Shown here: positions 24,345-37,429 of the stretch, in pieces
Numbering within the stretch: position 1 is the stretch's first letter
Layout of the letters: each line of letters opens with the position of its first letter
Assembly (NCBI RefSeq): GCF_001194135.2
Contig: NC_068983.1
Location: 88,673,604 to 88,737,603 of the forward strand
Reading direction: 5' to 3'
Source: Octopus bimaculoides
Taxonomy: Eukaryota
DNA length: 64,000 bases
Made by a program: the position numbers and the translations under genes
Notes under the pieces: model-generated
Databases searched by the model: none
What the model saw: the letters and a program-made list of their open reading frames with translations, nothing else
Told to the model about the DNA's origin: nothing

Positions 24345-27005
24345 CTATATCATCATCACCATCATCAATCAACGTCCGCTGGCATGGGTTGGATGGTTTG
24401 ACTGAGTTCTTGAGAGCAAGCAGCTGCACCGGGCTCCAATCTGATCTGACAAAGTTTCTACAGCTGGATGCCCTTCCTAATGCCAACCACTCTGAGAGTG
24501 TAGTGGGCGCTTTTTATGTGCTACCAGCACAGGAACCAGTCAGGCAGGCCTGGCAACGATCACGTTCTGATAGTGCTTTTTACGTCCCACCGGCACAGGA
24601 GCCAGTCAAGGAGTACTGGCATCGGTCACGATTGGTTGGCGTTTTTACATGCCACCGGCATGGGAGCCAGTCAGGTGGACCTGACATCGACCATGTTCAG
24701 ATGGTGCTTTTTACGTGCCACCAGCAAGAGAGCCAATCAGGCGGCACCGGCCCCAGCTATGATATTGGTTTTACTTGACTCTAGCAGGTCTTCTCAAGCA
24801 TATCATATCACCCAATGCATCAGGGGTATTCTTAACAGGGCTGGATATTCGTGGCTGCGATTTCACAGCATATCTCCAAAGGTCCTGGTCTCCTGTCATT
24901 ACCTCTGTGAGGCCCAATGTTTGAAGGTTATGCTTCACCTCTTCATCCCATGTCTTCCTGGGTCTACCTCTTCTACAGGTTCCTTCTACAGTTAGGGAGT
25001 GGCACTTCCTCACATAGTTGTCTTCATTCATACGTAACACATGGCCATACCAGCGCAGTCACCTCTCTTGTACACCACATTTGATGCTTCTTATACTCAA
25101 CTTTTCTCTCAGGGCGCTTATACTATGTCGTGTATGCGCACTGCCATTACACATCCAGCAGATCACACTAGCTTCATTTCTTTCAAGCCTATGCATGTCT
25201 TCAGCATTCATGGCCCATGTTTCACTGCTGTGTAGCATAGTAGTTCACACACATACATCATACAGTCTACCTTTCACCCTGAGCGAGAGGCCCTTAGTTG
25301 CCAACAGAGGTAGGAGCTCCCTGAACTTTGCCCAGGCTATTCTTACTCTAGTTGCTATACTCTCAGAGCAACCACTCCCACTACAGACTTGGTTGCCTAG
25401 GTAGCAGAAGCTATCAACTACTTCTAGTTTCTTCTCCTGGCATGTGATGGAATCTCCAGTGTTTATTGCCCCAGTGCATCTGCCACACACAGAAGCTATT
25501 TTCCCAGTTAACCTTCCTTTGATATTGCTGCACCTTTTATGTGTCCATAGCTCACACCGGGTACATCGTATGGAGTTTCTACCCACGCCTTTTCTACAGA
25601 CCGAGCAGGGCCATCTACCTGAAGGGGGTTGTGATTTGACCGCCTTCTTACTTACTAAGACTTTGGCTTTGGCTAGATTAACCCTAAGGCCCTTCGATTC
25701 TAGACCTTACTTCCACACCCTAAACTTTGTCTCCAATTCTGGCAGTGACTCGGCTATTAGAGCAAGGTCATCAGCATTAGAGGGGCTCCCAGGTGCAGCC
25801 TGTCTTGAATTCCTCTGTTATTGCCTGGAGGACTATAATGAATAAGAGGGGGTTGAGGACTGATCCTTGGTGAACCCCTACTTCTACTTGGAATTCTTCA
25901 CTATACTCATTGCCAACCCTCACTTTACTGACAGCATCCTTGTACAGGGCTTGTACAGCTCTTACCAGCCACTCATCTTTCCCCAGTTTCCGCATTGACC
26001 ACCAGATAAGGGATCAAGGGACCCTGTCAAAAGCTTTCTTCAAGTCAACAAAAGCCAAGTACAAAGGTTTGTCTTTGGGTAGGTATTTCTCCTGCAGTTG
26101 CCTTACCAGAAATATAGCATCAGTGGTGCTTCTGCCTGGCACAAAACCGAACTCATTTCATCTAGGCTAACTAACTAGTTGGGCTATAACCCTCTTTGTA
26201 ACTTTCATCACCTGATCTAATAATTTGATACCTCTGTAGTTATTTCTATCTAAAGCATCACCTTTCCCCTTGTAGCACTTGACAATGATGCTGCTATACC
26301 AGTCATTGGGTATGACTCCTTCATAAACTATCTGATTTATGATGTGGGTGACAAGACCATAACCCACACTGCCTGATATTTTAAGCATCTCTGCAGTGAT
26401 TCTTGATGGCCCAGGTGCTTTCCCTGTCTTCATATCCTTAATAGCTTGATCTACCTGGGTACTGTCGATTCGGATAGCTGGTCCCTCAATTGGCTCAACC
26501 TTTGGCAGACTCTCCTCTTCCCATTCATTCTCCACATTCAGCAGTCTTTCATAATGGCTTCTCCAAGCCTTTTTCTTTGCAGAATCATTAAATGCAAGGG
26601 CACCATCATCCATGCGGACACATTTCTCTTCTATGACATCACAGTTTTCTCTCACAAACTGTCTTGCAATCAGAAATACTTCAGTTCTCTGGTCCTCACA
26701 TCGCTGAACATTGGCAAACTTCTTTTCTGCTACTCCCTTGGCTATATATTCCTGTCGCTTAGCTTCCCTTTTGGCTATCTGATACATTCTCCTGCTACCC
26801 TCACTTTTCCAGGCATTCTAAGCTTGTTTCTTTGCTCTAATGGCCCTGTCTACAGTTTTGTTCCACCACCATGTTACCCTAGGTGTGGAAATGACTTTGC
26901 ACCAGCCACAGATTTGGTCTGTGGCACCCAGCAAGCTGTCTCGCAGGAAATCCCAGCTGCCTTCTATGTCACAGGACTGTAGCTCCTCCTTCCTATCATC
27001 AAATT
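24345..27005 (-). mobile_element. Long 5'-truncated RTE LINE copy with complete 3'UTR
   Basis: 206-aa RT N-terminal ORF (KAPGPS, NYRGIKLLDQVMKV), VHQGSVL, PHD-like finger, four ~66-bp UTR repeats and a (GAT)-like tail. Confidence 0.92.
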
Positions 27006-27270
27006 TCTTGGTAAGGATATCCCTAAATATATGTATGAGCGTATGTATTTATGCATGAGTGTGTGAATATGTGCTTGTGACTTAAGCTAGATATAATTTA
27101 GGTAGTAGACAACCTTTTGAAGTGTAAAATAGGCACATATACATTCATGGGTGGAGAGACACATATATTTCATCAATTAATGGATGTTTCAGAAAATAAT
27201 GACAATATAGGCTGTTGCTAAATCATGTTTTTGAAATGTGTGCATAGATACAGCCTCTCTCTCTGTGTCG

Positions 27271-27326
<56 letters not shown>

Positions 27327-28109
27327 GACATACAAATGAATATATGATACAAAAGAACACATGCACATACACACTTTGACCACCATCAAAATGCATAGAT
27401 ATACAGATCCAACATCATCATTATCATTTAATTTCTCAAGCCAACAGTTTTAGGAAATTTAGATATTTTACACACTATAAGATTGTATAACTGCTTGGTT
27501 AAGATAGTTAACAGCTCTAACTTGCAATGTCTTGATGTTACATTTAAAACAAAAAAAAAAGGCTTAACTACAGTTAAATGACCAAGAAAAGTAGCAATAT
27601 GGTGTATGATAGACCAGTCTGACCCTAGCAAGCAAAGAACATCAGATGCTAAGAGAAGGGTGATAATGACGACAACAACAACATGATGGTGGTGGAGAAA
27701 GTGACAGTTCAAGAATATGACTTTAGAACACCCAATGACAGTCTCCAGCAAAGATTTAATAATGATTACTGTTGTTGCTATTTAATCCTCAAAACAGCTT
27801 TGACTGAACAGATCAATGATCAAAGGCACTCCAGCTGTGATTAATTCTCCCTTTTATATTAGAGACCAGACTGGTTACTAACTCTTTTCATTTCTTAAAA
27901 ATAGTAGGGTTAATTTGAGAGAGATTTAACTTGTAGATCAAGCATCTTTGTAAAGGCACCTTTATTGACTTATTTAATAATAGTTTTTAAGATAAGCAAA
28001 AAGCAATACTTGACTGGTTGGTACCTATTTTATAAAACCCTGAAAGATAAGTCAAGCTGGGAATTTAATGCGACACAGTGAAATACTGAAGGCTGATCTC
28101 AAGACACTG

Positions 28110-30180
28110 AACCTACCTCCCGGCCTCTCCTCATAATTACTACTGTGCATTTTACAAGGATGGGCTGACTATGAAGGAGTGATGCTAGAGCAGTGAAATC
28201 TTGCTTGAATTAATTTCAACACCTCTTATTAATAACTGCATTGTTTCTTTCCAGGTAGACTGACATTTCACTGATCAAAGAAGCCTTCAAAAGTAACTAG
28301 TAGTGACTTCTCTTGAAAGTGGACAAAATTTAGCATCGTGGTGTTATCAAGTACCTGCAAGAAAAGGGTTTAGCCCCACCAAAGGCATTCATACTGACAT
28401 GATTACTACATTAGGGAATAACACTTCAACTTTATCAACAGTGCAAAAGTGGGCAACTGAATTTAGGAGAGGAAGGGAGAGTCTTGAAGATGACCAAAGG
28501 TCTGGATGTCATGCACCTACCACCACTGAGGAAAATATTGATCATGTTCACCACATGGTAATGAATGACAAGTGATTGACTATAAATCAAATAGGCAATG
28601 CTATTAACATATCCTGTGAGCGAGTTGAGAATATTCTGCACAATGAGCTTGACATGATGAAGGTTTCTACTCGGTGGGTGCAACATCTGACACCTAGTCA
28701 AATGTGCACCAGGCTGATCACATCATGGGAAAATCTGACACTGTTTGAAGCAGATCTAGCTAGCTTCTTTGAATGTAACCCAGGATGAGTGTTGGTTTCA
28801 TTACTTTGAGCAGAGACAGAGACAATGCATGCAGTGAAAACACCACTTTTCACACTGCTCCAAAGAAGGTGAAGGTCATTTCATCTGCAGGGAAGGTGGT
28901 GGCCTCAGTTTTTTCATTATGGAAAAGGCATTGTGTTTACTGACTATCTTCAAAAGAGATGCCAACTTGCTGAGGCAATTAAAAAAGGCTATCAAGACCA
29001 AATGCCCAGAGAGGAGCCTTGTTTCATCAGGACAATGCTCCAGCATACAAATCCTTGCTTTCAATGGCTCTTGTGTGTGACTGTGGCTTCGAACTGGTTG
29101 ATCACCCTCCCTATTCTCTTGATTTGGCTCCATCTGACTATCATTTGTTCTTCAACATGAAAAAACATTTGGCTCGGAACCAGTATTGTAGTGTTGATGA
29201 TGTCATATCTGCTGTCAATGATATCAATGAGAAAAGTGTGTGAACTGCAAGGGAGTCACATTTAGTCACATTCCATAACAGTATCTTGGTTAGCCATTGA
29301 ATGTTTCAGCCAACCCTTATATTTACTCCAAACTACATTCCAACATCTTTGCCGAATACTTTTACTGTTTGGATCAGATAGTCTAGATCTGCTTCATTTT
29401 TTTGTATACAACTTGAAGTCATCCACATAAAGTAGGTGATTTATTCTCATTTTGGATTTGGTAAACTCATAGGCAGGCTTGGATTTTCTTAGTATAGATA
29501 TATATATATATAAATTAGTACAATGATGAATATTAACAGGGAGAGTGAGTCTCCTTGAAAAATGCCCCTGCATATTTTCATGTTACCTATCAATTCATTT
29601 GCACATGTCAGTTTCACTTCCCATACTCTCATTGCTTTCTCCAAAAAGTTGTTTATCTTCTCATTGCCATAAGCCTTTCTGTAATCTATCCATCCAACAG
29701 CTAAATTCTTCTTCTTTACTCTCACACCCCATTTGATATTCTACTAGCTATATATAGCAGATTAGCAGTTTCTCCTTGATTTCATCTTACATCCTTTTTG
29801 TTCCTCTGGAAATAGATTCTCCTTTTCCAGAAAATTATATACTTCATCTGCTATGAGGCCAGTTGATAGTTTCCAGAGTAATGGTAAGCAAATAACAGGT
29901 CTATAATTGCTGACTTCCCCTCTCTTTTCTTTGTCCTTCTGTATCAGCACTCTGCTTCCTTTTGTCATCCATCTTGGTGTTCCATTTTCTATGTAGTCAA
30001 TAAAAAAAATGATAGTATATAACTGTATATTTGGGAGATTCTTCAGCCAGAAACCCTGGACACCATCTGGTCCAGGGGCTTTCCAGACTGGTATTTTCTT
30101 AATCATCTCTATTACTTCCTTATCCATGATTGTTAATTTTGGCACAAGGCTTGAAATTTGGAGGAGGTTAGTCAATTACA
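28110..30180 (-). mobile_element. R4/Dong-like RT fragment split by a mariner insertion
   Basis: WKAPGPDGVQGFWLK, NYRPVICL, WIDYRKAY, GIFQGDSLS and LLYVDDFKLY motifs. FGVN|KCTVVIMRRG rejoins across the mariner (1-nt indel). Confidence 0.8.
28155..29319 (+). mobile_element. Decayed mariner (DD34D) DNA transposon
   Basis: Imperfect TIRs caaggatgggctga / tcagccaaccctta with TA on both sides. Transposase remnants include STRWV and FHQDNAPAY...HPPYSLDLAPSDYHLF. Confidence 0.85.
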
Positions 30181-30301
30181 TGACCCCTCACTGGTACTTT
30201 ATTTCACCGACCCTGGAAAGATGAAAGGCAATGTAAAGAGCCAGAACAAATATTACAAGGTATTTTTTTCCCCACACTCTAACAATTTTGCCAGCTAGCC
30301 A

Positions 30302-30850
30302 CATCATCATCATCATCATCGTTTAACATCCGCCTTCCATGCTAGCATGGGTTGGACGATTTGACTGAGGTCTGGTAAACCAGATGGCTGCACCAGGCTC
30401 CAATCTGATCTGGCAGAATTTCTACAGCTGGATGCCCTTTCTAACGCCAACCACTTTGAGAGTGTAGTGGGTGCTTTTATGTGCCATCAGTACACGAGGG
30501 CCAGTCACACGGTACTGGCAATGGCCACACTCAAATGGTGTTTTTTACATGCCACCTGCACAGGAGTCAGTCCAGCAGTACTGGCAATGGCCTCGCTCGA
30601 ATGCTTTTTCACGTGTCACCGGCACAAGTGCCAGTAAGGCGATGCTGGTAATGATCACACTCAAATGGTGCTATTTACGCGCCACTGGCACAGAAGCCAG
30701 ACAGCTGCTCAGGCAATGATCCCACTCAGATGGTGCTATTAGTGCTCCACTGGCACAGGTGCCAGTCATCGAATTTGGTTCAATCACGATTTCGATTTCA
30801 CTTGCCCCAACAGGTCTTCGCAAGTCGAGTTTAGTGTCCATTGAAGGAGA
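30302..30850 (-). mobile_element. RTE LINE 3'UTR-only copy (about five repeat units)
   Basis: (cat)n plus terminal sequence closely matching 7665-8030 and 24345-24780. Confidence 0.8.
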
Positions 30851-31734
30851 GGTGCTAAATAATAACTGTTTCTAATTCAAGCATAAGGCTTGAAAGTTTG
30901 AGGGAGTGGATTAGACAAGTTTATCAACCCCAGTACTTGACTGATACTTTATTTTGTTGACTCTGGAGGGATGAAAGGCAAAACTGACTTTGGTAGGATT
31001 TGAACACAGAATGTAAAGTGCCAAAATAAAATTGTATGTCTGGAGTTCAAATCCAGCTGTCTTTCATTCTTCCAGTGTGAATAAAATAAAGTACCAGTCA
31101 AAAGCTATGATTAACCCTGCACATCAAATTTTTCTCAGACTTTGCAACTATGTTAGAAACAACAACAACTGTATTAATATTGCCACTCAAAATCAAAGTC
31201 TTAGCACCATCAAAAATGACATAGACAAAATGTATAAGATATATAGAACCTATGAAAAAGGTATTGACAAATCATCTTTGGTTGCCCAGTAATGGTAAAA
31301 GATATTCTTTCACTCAATAATAATAATAATCCCCATATAGATAACAGCAGCAAAACTAGAAAGCTGAACACTGCCAGTCCATTTTCTCTGGCTATAGAAA
31401 GTACTCTAAACAATAACGACAACAGCTACATCACCATGACTACACAGCACAGTCACAACAAGGACAAAAAAAAACAACAACAACAGCAGCAACAACAATC
31501 ACAGAAAGAAGAACAATGACAACAAAGCCACTGTGGCTACAGGAAATAGCAGAAGTAGCCAAAACAATGAAAATAACAATGTCAAAAGGAGCAATACAAT
31601 TTATAACAGGGAGACCACCACCATCACTGACTGTAACAAGACTAGCAAATAATATTAATACAAATAATAATACGTCCTGGGTATGGCATGAAACTGCATC
31701 CTGTTGTAACATCTCAACAGAGGAAGAATAAGGT

Positions 31735-34345
31735 TACCCTTAACTACAACTATCTTCAGGTCACCGTTGAGCATGGTGTAGTGTCTGTAAGCCCACCCCA
31801 AGAAATACCAGGTTGGTGCCTGGTGGGGTTAAGTCTGTCTCATGGGGTAAGGGTGCCCCTTTAGCCTTGGTTGGCAACCTCTCTAGAGATGATGTCTCAA
31901 TAAAAACACCAGTGGTGGTATCACCTCATTACCAGAATCCTCATGAGTAAAAATGTCAAACATAAATGTATTAAACAATGGCATGAATGAGGTTGGAATT
32001 GATAACAGTGTATACAAAGGTTGGTAGGGACTCACTGAGCTTTGGTCAGCAACCCACCTTGTGATGGTGTGATAATAAAAATACTGGTGATTGCATAAAA
32101 ATACTGGTGACTGCACAAATATTACCTTTAAATAAGTGATGTCAAAATCAAATAATAATGACAACTGCACTAACAGATCCAGAACTGTCAACAGTGAAGG
32201 TGTCATGCACAGCAGGCAAAGAGTGTCTGATCAAGTTCCAGCTGGTCATTATCAAGCCATTGATCAGGACCAGAATCACAATCAGAAGTTCAAAAGGCAA
32301 AAATTGAAATGGGAGGACGAAGTAAACAAGATTGTAATTGAATGTTGGCTGAGAAGTGAGCCAAATAAAAAAGGTTTCATGAAATGAATGAAAAGAATAT
32401 GGGATGAAAAAGGAGTTTCTGAAGCATCCACCCAGCAATTGATAGACCAGGCAAGGGCAATTCACATGAACAACTGGAATACAAGATTAGAAGTTGAAGA
32501 AATTTGGAGAAGAATAAAAGAAAGAACCAGGAGAAGTGAAACAGCAGCAGTAGAAAGTGGTAATGAAGGAGTAAGAGATGAAAAGAAGGAAAAAGAAGGA
32601 AATCAATGTGTGCCTGAGATTACTGATGAAGTACATAGTAAGCATGATCTAGTTGAACAAGTGACAGTAAATGCTGCACAAGACTTGAATGATGAAGAGA
32701 AGGAGATTCTAGAAATATTGCAAAGTAAAATGTGTGCTGGGAACAATGAAGTACCACCAAATGTAAGATATATGGACAGAGGAAAAGTAAGGAGAGCCAC
32801 AGGTAAAGTAAATGGCATTTTGAGCATGGTTACAACAGAAAACATGAGTGAAACAAACCAGCTGATCATAGCTGCTGCTAATGTTATAGCTGACATATTA
32901 GGACACAAGTGGAAAACTGAAGAAATGAAAGGAAATGAAAAGAAAGAACCAAACCGGAGGAAAGGAATATGAATAAAGTTAGAAAGAACAAGAGCAATTG
33001 AATAGGATTACGAGAGGAGAGCTCAAGAATGAAGTAGTAATCAGAAATTTGAATGGAGAGTACAGGCTAGAAGAGAGGGATAAGTAAACAGTATATGAAG
33101 AATTGTCACAAAGAGTGACAGTGTTAAAAGCCAAACTGAAAAGAATTGATGCTAGATACAAAGGTTTTCAACAGAATAGACTGTATCAATCAAATAGAAA
33201 GTATCTTTTTGAGGAAATAGATGGGTAACGGCATCAGGAACTAATTCCTGATGCAGAAGAAAGTAAAGTATTTTGGGAAGAACTTTGGAACAAATCAGTG
33301 AGACATAAAGTGAAGAGTGGCTAACACAGGTGGAGAGACAGCTTGCAACTGTGCCAAGACAAAAGAACATCAGAATTTATCTTGATTCAGTGAAACTGAA
33401 GTTTAAAAAAATAGCAAATTGGGAAGGACCTGGTCCAGATGGAGTACAAGGTTGTTGGCTCAAGAATTTTACACAGTTGCATGAAAGGACTGTGGTATAA
33501 GTATTTGGGAATACTGGAAGCAAATGAAATAAAAAATGAACAGATAAAAAAAATTACAAGTAGGGTGTATACAAGGAGAGTGAGAAAAATATTACAGTCA
33601 AAGTTGAATTAAAAAAATGTTATTGAAGGAATAAATGCAAGAGCAGTATCAGTAATCAGATATGGAATTGGAATTGTAGTTGGACCAAAAACGACATACA
33701 GAAACTTGATAGAAAAACTAGAAAGCTGTTGATAATGTATGGAACCAACCATCCGAAAACATTGCTGTGTGTACAGATGGAAAGCAAAAGCCTACAAGAA
33801 TATTTACAAAACAGCACAGAGAAATCACTAAAGACAGTGAATAAGGAACAGGTGATCAAGTATGGAATAGGAGAAAAGGACAAGAATGAAATTCAAAGAG
33901 AGCACGTAAAACAAATTGAAGAGAAACCTTTGCATGATCAGTTTTGTGAAGTTGCTTACTAATTGATCTATCCTGCCCATTTGATTCCAAGAATGCAAAG
34001 AAAGAGGATGAAAAACCGAAACAAAAAATACAATTCCTTAAAATCTTAAATTACAAGAATTTGAAGTATGAAAACTGTAAAGGTTGTGGTTGTAATCATT
34101 AGTGCATTGTGAACTGTAAGTAAAGTTATAGACAAATGGTTGAAGGAGATTGAAATAGAGTGTCCTGTAGACCTGCTACAGAAAGCTTGCCTCTTAGGGA
34201 CAGTAAAGAGTATCAGGAGGGTTTTAAGCACTTGAAAGATTACTAAAAGCTAGAGGATGCTTAAGTTACAGGTAGTAACCTGCTACCCACATAAATCCTA
34301 CAAGGGATGCAAATGAACCTCAGTGAAATCATCAATAATAATCAT
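31735..34345 (+). mobile_element. Near-full-length but internally deleted R4/Dong-like retrotransposon
   Basis: GC-richer 5' leader, N-terminal KWEDEVNKIVIECWLRSEP..GFMK.MKRIW...DQARAI, W.GPGPDGVQG, C-terminal VIISAL.TV...LLQKACLLGTV, and an (AAT)-like tail. Confidence 0.8.
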
Positions 34346-34359
34346 AGTAATTATTATTG

Positions 34360-34880
34360 GGTGAGAGAGTAATGCATGCCATCAAAGTGACACTGGGGTA
34401 CAAATATATGAAGCCCAAGATACCCATCATGACTACCTGTCTGATAAGGGTACACAAGGCACATGCATCACAACCATACATGTGCAACATGGTAACCACA
34501 TATTAAAATAAACAGCACATGACCATGCAGGTGGGGCCCAGTTAGCATTTTCTTCATGTCAAGTAGCCCATCCTGTTCAAAAGATCCCTGAATAAGGTTT
34601 GTTTAAGGATGATGAACAAAATACCCATGTTTCCAGAGGTGAATTATTCAAACTCCAAAGAATTCATCTTATCACATGGCTATGATGCTCCCCCACTACT
34701 CCTGCTCATGATCAGAGATGCACATATTGTCAGCCAATAAGGGACATGCTCAACTGGTTAAGGTCAAGCAACTGACAAGCAAATCTGTGGTATTGAGCAG
34801 AATATATACCAAGACAAAACATGTACATAACACTTCCAATCAGTTAAGATCAGAAGCCATGAGAGCCACTGCCCGGTGGT
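34360..34880 (-). mobile_element. Probable non-autonomous retro-repeat (non-coding, simple-repeat tail)
   Basis: A ~520-bp block between (ATT)n and (GTT/ATT)n runs that resembles an abundant octopus repeat as I recall it. It is single-copy here, so I cannot verify it from the window. Confidence 0.3.
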
Positions 34881-34922
34881 ATATAGTTGTTGTTGTTGTT
34901 GTTGTTGTTATTATTATCGTTG

Positions 34923-34968
<46 letters not shown>

Positions 34969-35589
34969 TAATGCCAGGTTGCTTGAGTGCAACTGGTAAC
35001 ATGTAGCCTAGTACAATCTGTCATTTGGTTAAGTTGTCAGTGACTAAACTGGCAACTCCATGAAGCTTGCTTGGTGAGGAGGATGATCTTTGAACACCCT
35101 CATCATCATCTAGCATCTGCTTTCCATACTGGCATGGGTTAGATGTTTGACTGAAACTGGTAAGCTGTAGGGCTACAGCAGGTTCCAAACCCAATAAAGG
35201 TCTGAGGAACTCAGAAGAATCAATGACAATCTAAAAACTTTATAAAATCTGTAGCTGCAGAGTATAAAATATTGAATTGGTGACCCGCACAGGATAGTTC
35301 ACTTCAATTGTAAGGTTTGAGGGCCCCTTAAAGTCATTTATGCCACCTTCTAGATATGGTGTCTCAAAGAAGAAAAACACCGGTCATGGTGGAACCTTAA
35401 AATGACCAACCTCAGTGAGTGTAAAGAATCAAAACATTTGTTTACACAAAGACATGAATGGCGCTGGAGCCTCTAGTGAAGGTGCCTCATCTAGAAGGTG
35501 TACTGTGGGTGAACAACACAGGCTTGGTCATCATCATAATATTGCTAGAATGAAGTGAAGTGTTATTTTAGAAGCAAACCTGTAAATGA

Positions 35590-36170
35590 AAATGGTGTCG
35601 AAATTAGGGGACATAGACAAAGGATGTTATGAGTATGGCAGGAGACAGGGCTCTTTGAATCAACTGAACAAAGGATTTGTAATCAGGCAAAAGCAATAAG
35701 CAAAAACAGATGGCTATCTGAGATGAAGATGGAGATGATAAAGGAGAAAGATAAGCCAGGAGGGTGTGGAAGATATAGAAGATCAGGATCTTGAAAATTA
35801 AATTGGAGATGAGAGTATGAAAAATGGTGGAATCCAACAGGGTGAGGCGAACTGAATACTCAAGAAGATGCAGGAGGTGATGTTAACATCAATGAACTGA
35901 AGGACATATCAGAAAAAGATAGACAGATGATTATTAATATATTGAAGATCTCTAAATCAGGAAGCAGTAATCCAAAATATTTTCAAAAAGTGAATCAACG
36001 TCAGTTACAAGAAATAACTAACAATGTAAACAACATTCTAGACAAGGTGTCAACTAGAACTATCACAGAAACCAACAATCTCATCAGTGCTGTACATGTC
36101 TACATTGCTAAAGAGTTAGGTTTGAAACAAATTACACAAAAGCAGATCAAGGAACCATGATGGAAAAGCA
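35590..36170 (+). mobile_element. R4/Dong-like N-terminal fragment
   Basis: [29 protein letters not shown] and [19 protein letters not shown]...KEP match the N-terminus of the 31735 element. Confidence 0.65.
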
Positions 36171-37429
36171 GAACATTAATATTCTGGAAAGGGAAAACAA
36201 AGGTGATTTAAGAAAAAGAGGAAAGATTGATTTGGTTTTGTTTTATAGTTTTGCTCAATACTTTTAATCAAAGATAGCTGTATGTAGTTCAATGTATTCC
36301 AGATTGAGATACATAAAGACAAAAATGATAGATAAGAGATAAAACTTGTGACAAGTGCATAACAAGGAATATAGCTTTCAGAGATATTTTTCTCTTCAGA
36401 CTGCACCTTTAGTACTACATATGTAGACTTTACACCATCTTTAAACTCAATGACTTCAAACAATCCAATACCAGAAAACATTATTCATTTCATGGTTCAC
36501 AAAATAACCACAGAATTTCCATGGGTACAGCATGTACAATATAATAAAGTGTACAATTACACACAAATGACAACAGGAGAGAGTACAACAGTGTCAAAAG
36601 TGGATAGCCAAGCACAGAACCAGATATGGAAAACAAACCCCTGCTATTTCAGTCAAAATGCTGACAGCTAATCCTAGTAGACATTGTGACAACTAAATGG
36701 GTGTGTTATGAAATTGGACGAGATGTGGGTAAGAATATCTTTATGAGTAGGAGGATTAAGGAGGGATCTACACTTATTTTTGCTTTGATTTTACCTGAAA
36801 TCAGACTCTTAAAATTCAACCCTTCTCAAAAAGAAAAACAGTTTGGCATCACTGCAATTACTCCACCATCTCCACAAATCTCTTCTATCCACCCTCCAAC
36901 AGTTTATATGGTCAGTAAGGGGAAGTGGAAGAAACAAGCGTTGGCCAGATGAAAGTATTGTATTTTGTTGAAATTGTAGATGGAAACTACTGCCATTAGC
37001 AAAGGTTGGTAAAAGAGAAAGATCAGCTAACAATTTTTTCATGACATGTTATTGTTTTGTTTCGCTATTCATTCAGACAGACAGACAAACAGACAAGCAG
37101 AGAAAGGGAGTGTGTGTGTGTGTGTGTGTCGCAGAGTCAGTAGATTGCTAGACAAAATACTTAGTTCCTTTATGTTACGAGTTCAAATCCCACCTAGGTT
37201 TATTTACTTTTGATTATGTCTCTTATATTACAAGTTCAATTCCCACCTTGGTTTATATACTTTTCATTCTGAGGTTGATAAAATAAATACTGAGGGTTGA
37301 ATTCAGAACATAAAGACACATAATCAAATCTCAAAAGGTATTTTGTCTGGCAATCTATTGACTCAAGCATACACAAATAAATAGCAAATATGTTATTCTT
37401 TTACTGATGTCTGTCTATGCTTAGAAGTT

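Noticed and set aside
24505-24770. CRISPR-like look of the ~66-bp periodic array
   Set aside because: The variable parts are homologous between units, the array is an RTE 3'UTR, and there are no cas genes in this eukaryotic context.
31735-31895. HDV-like ribozyme at the 5' end of the R4/Dong element
   Set aside because: Expected from family knowledge, and TTACCC/GGGTAA can pair, but I could not build the full double pseudoknot by eye.
36176-36481. 101-aa ORF with YIPCYA reminiscent of hAT transposases
   Set aside because: Only one short motif, with no TIRs or other hAT blocks.
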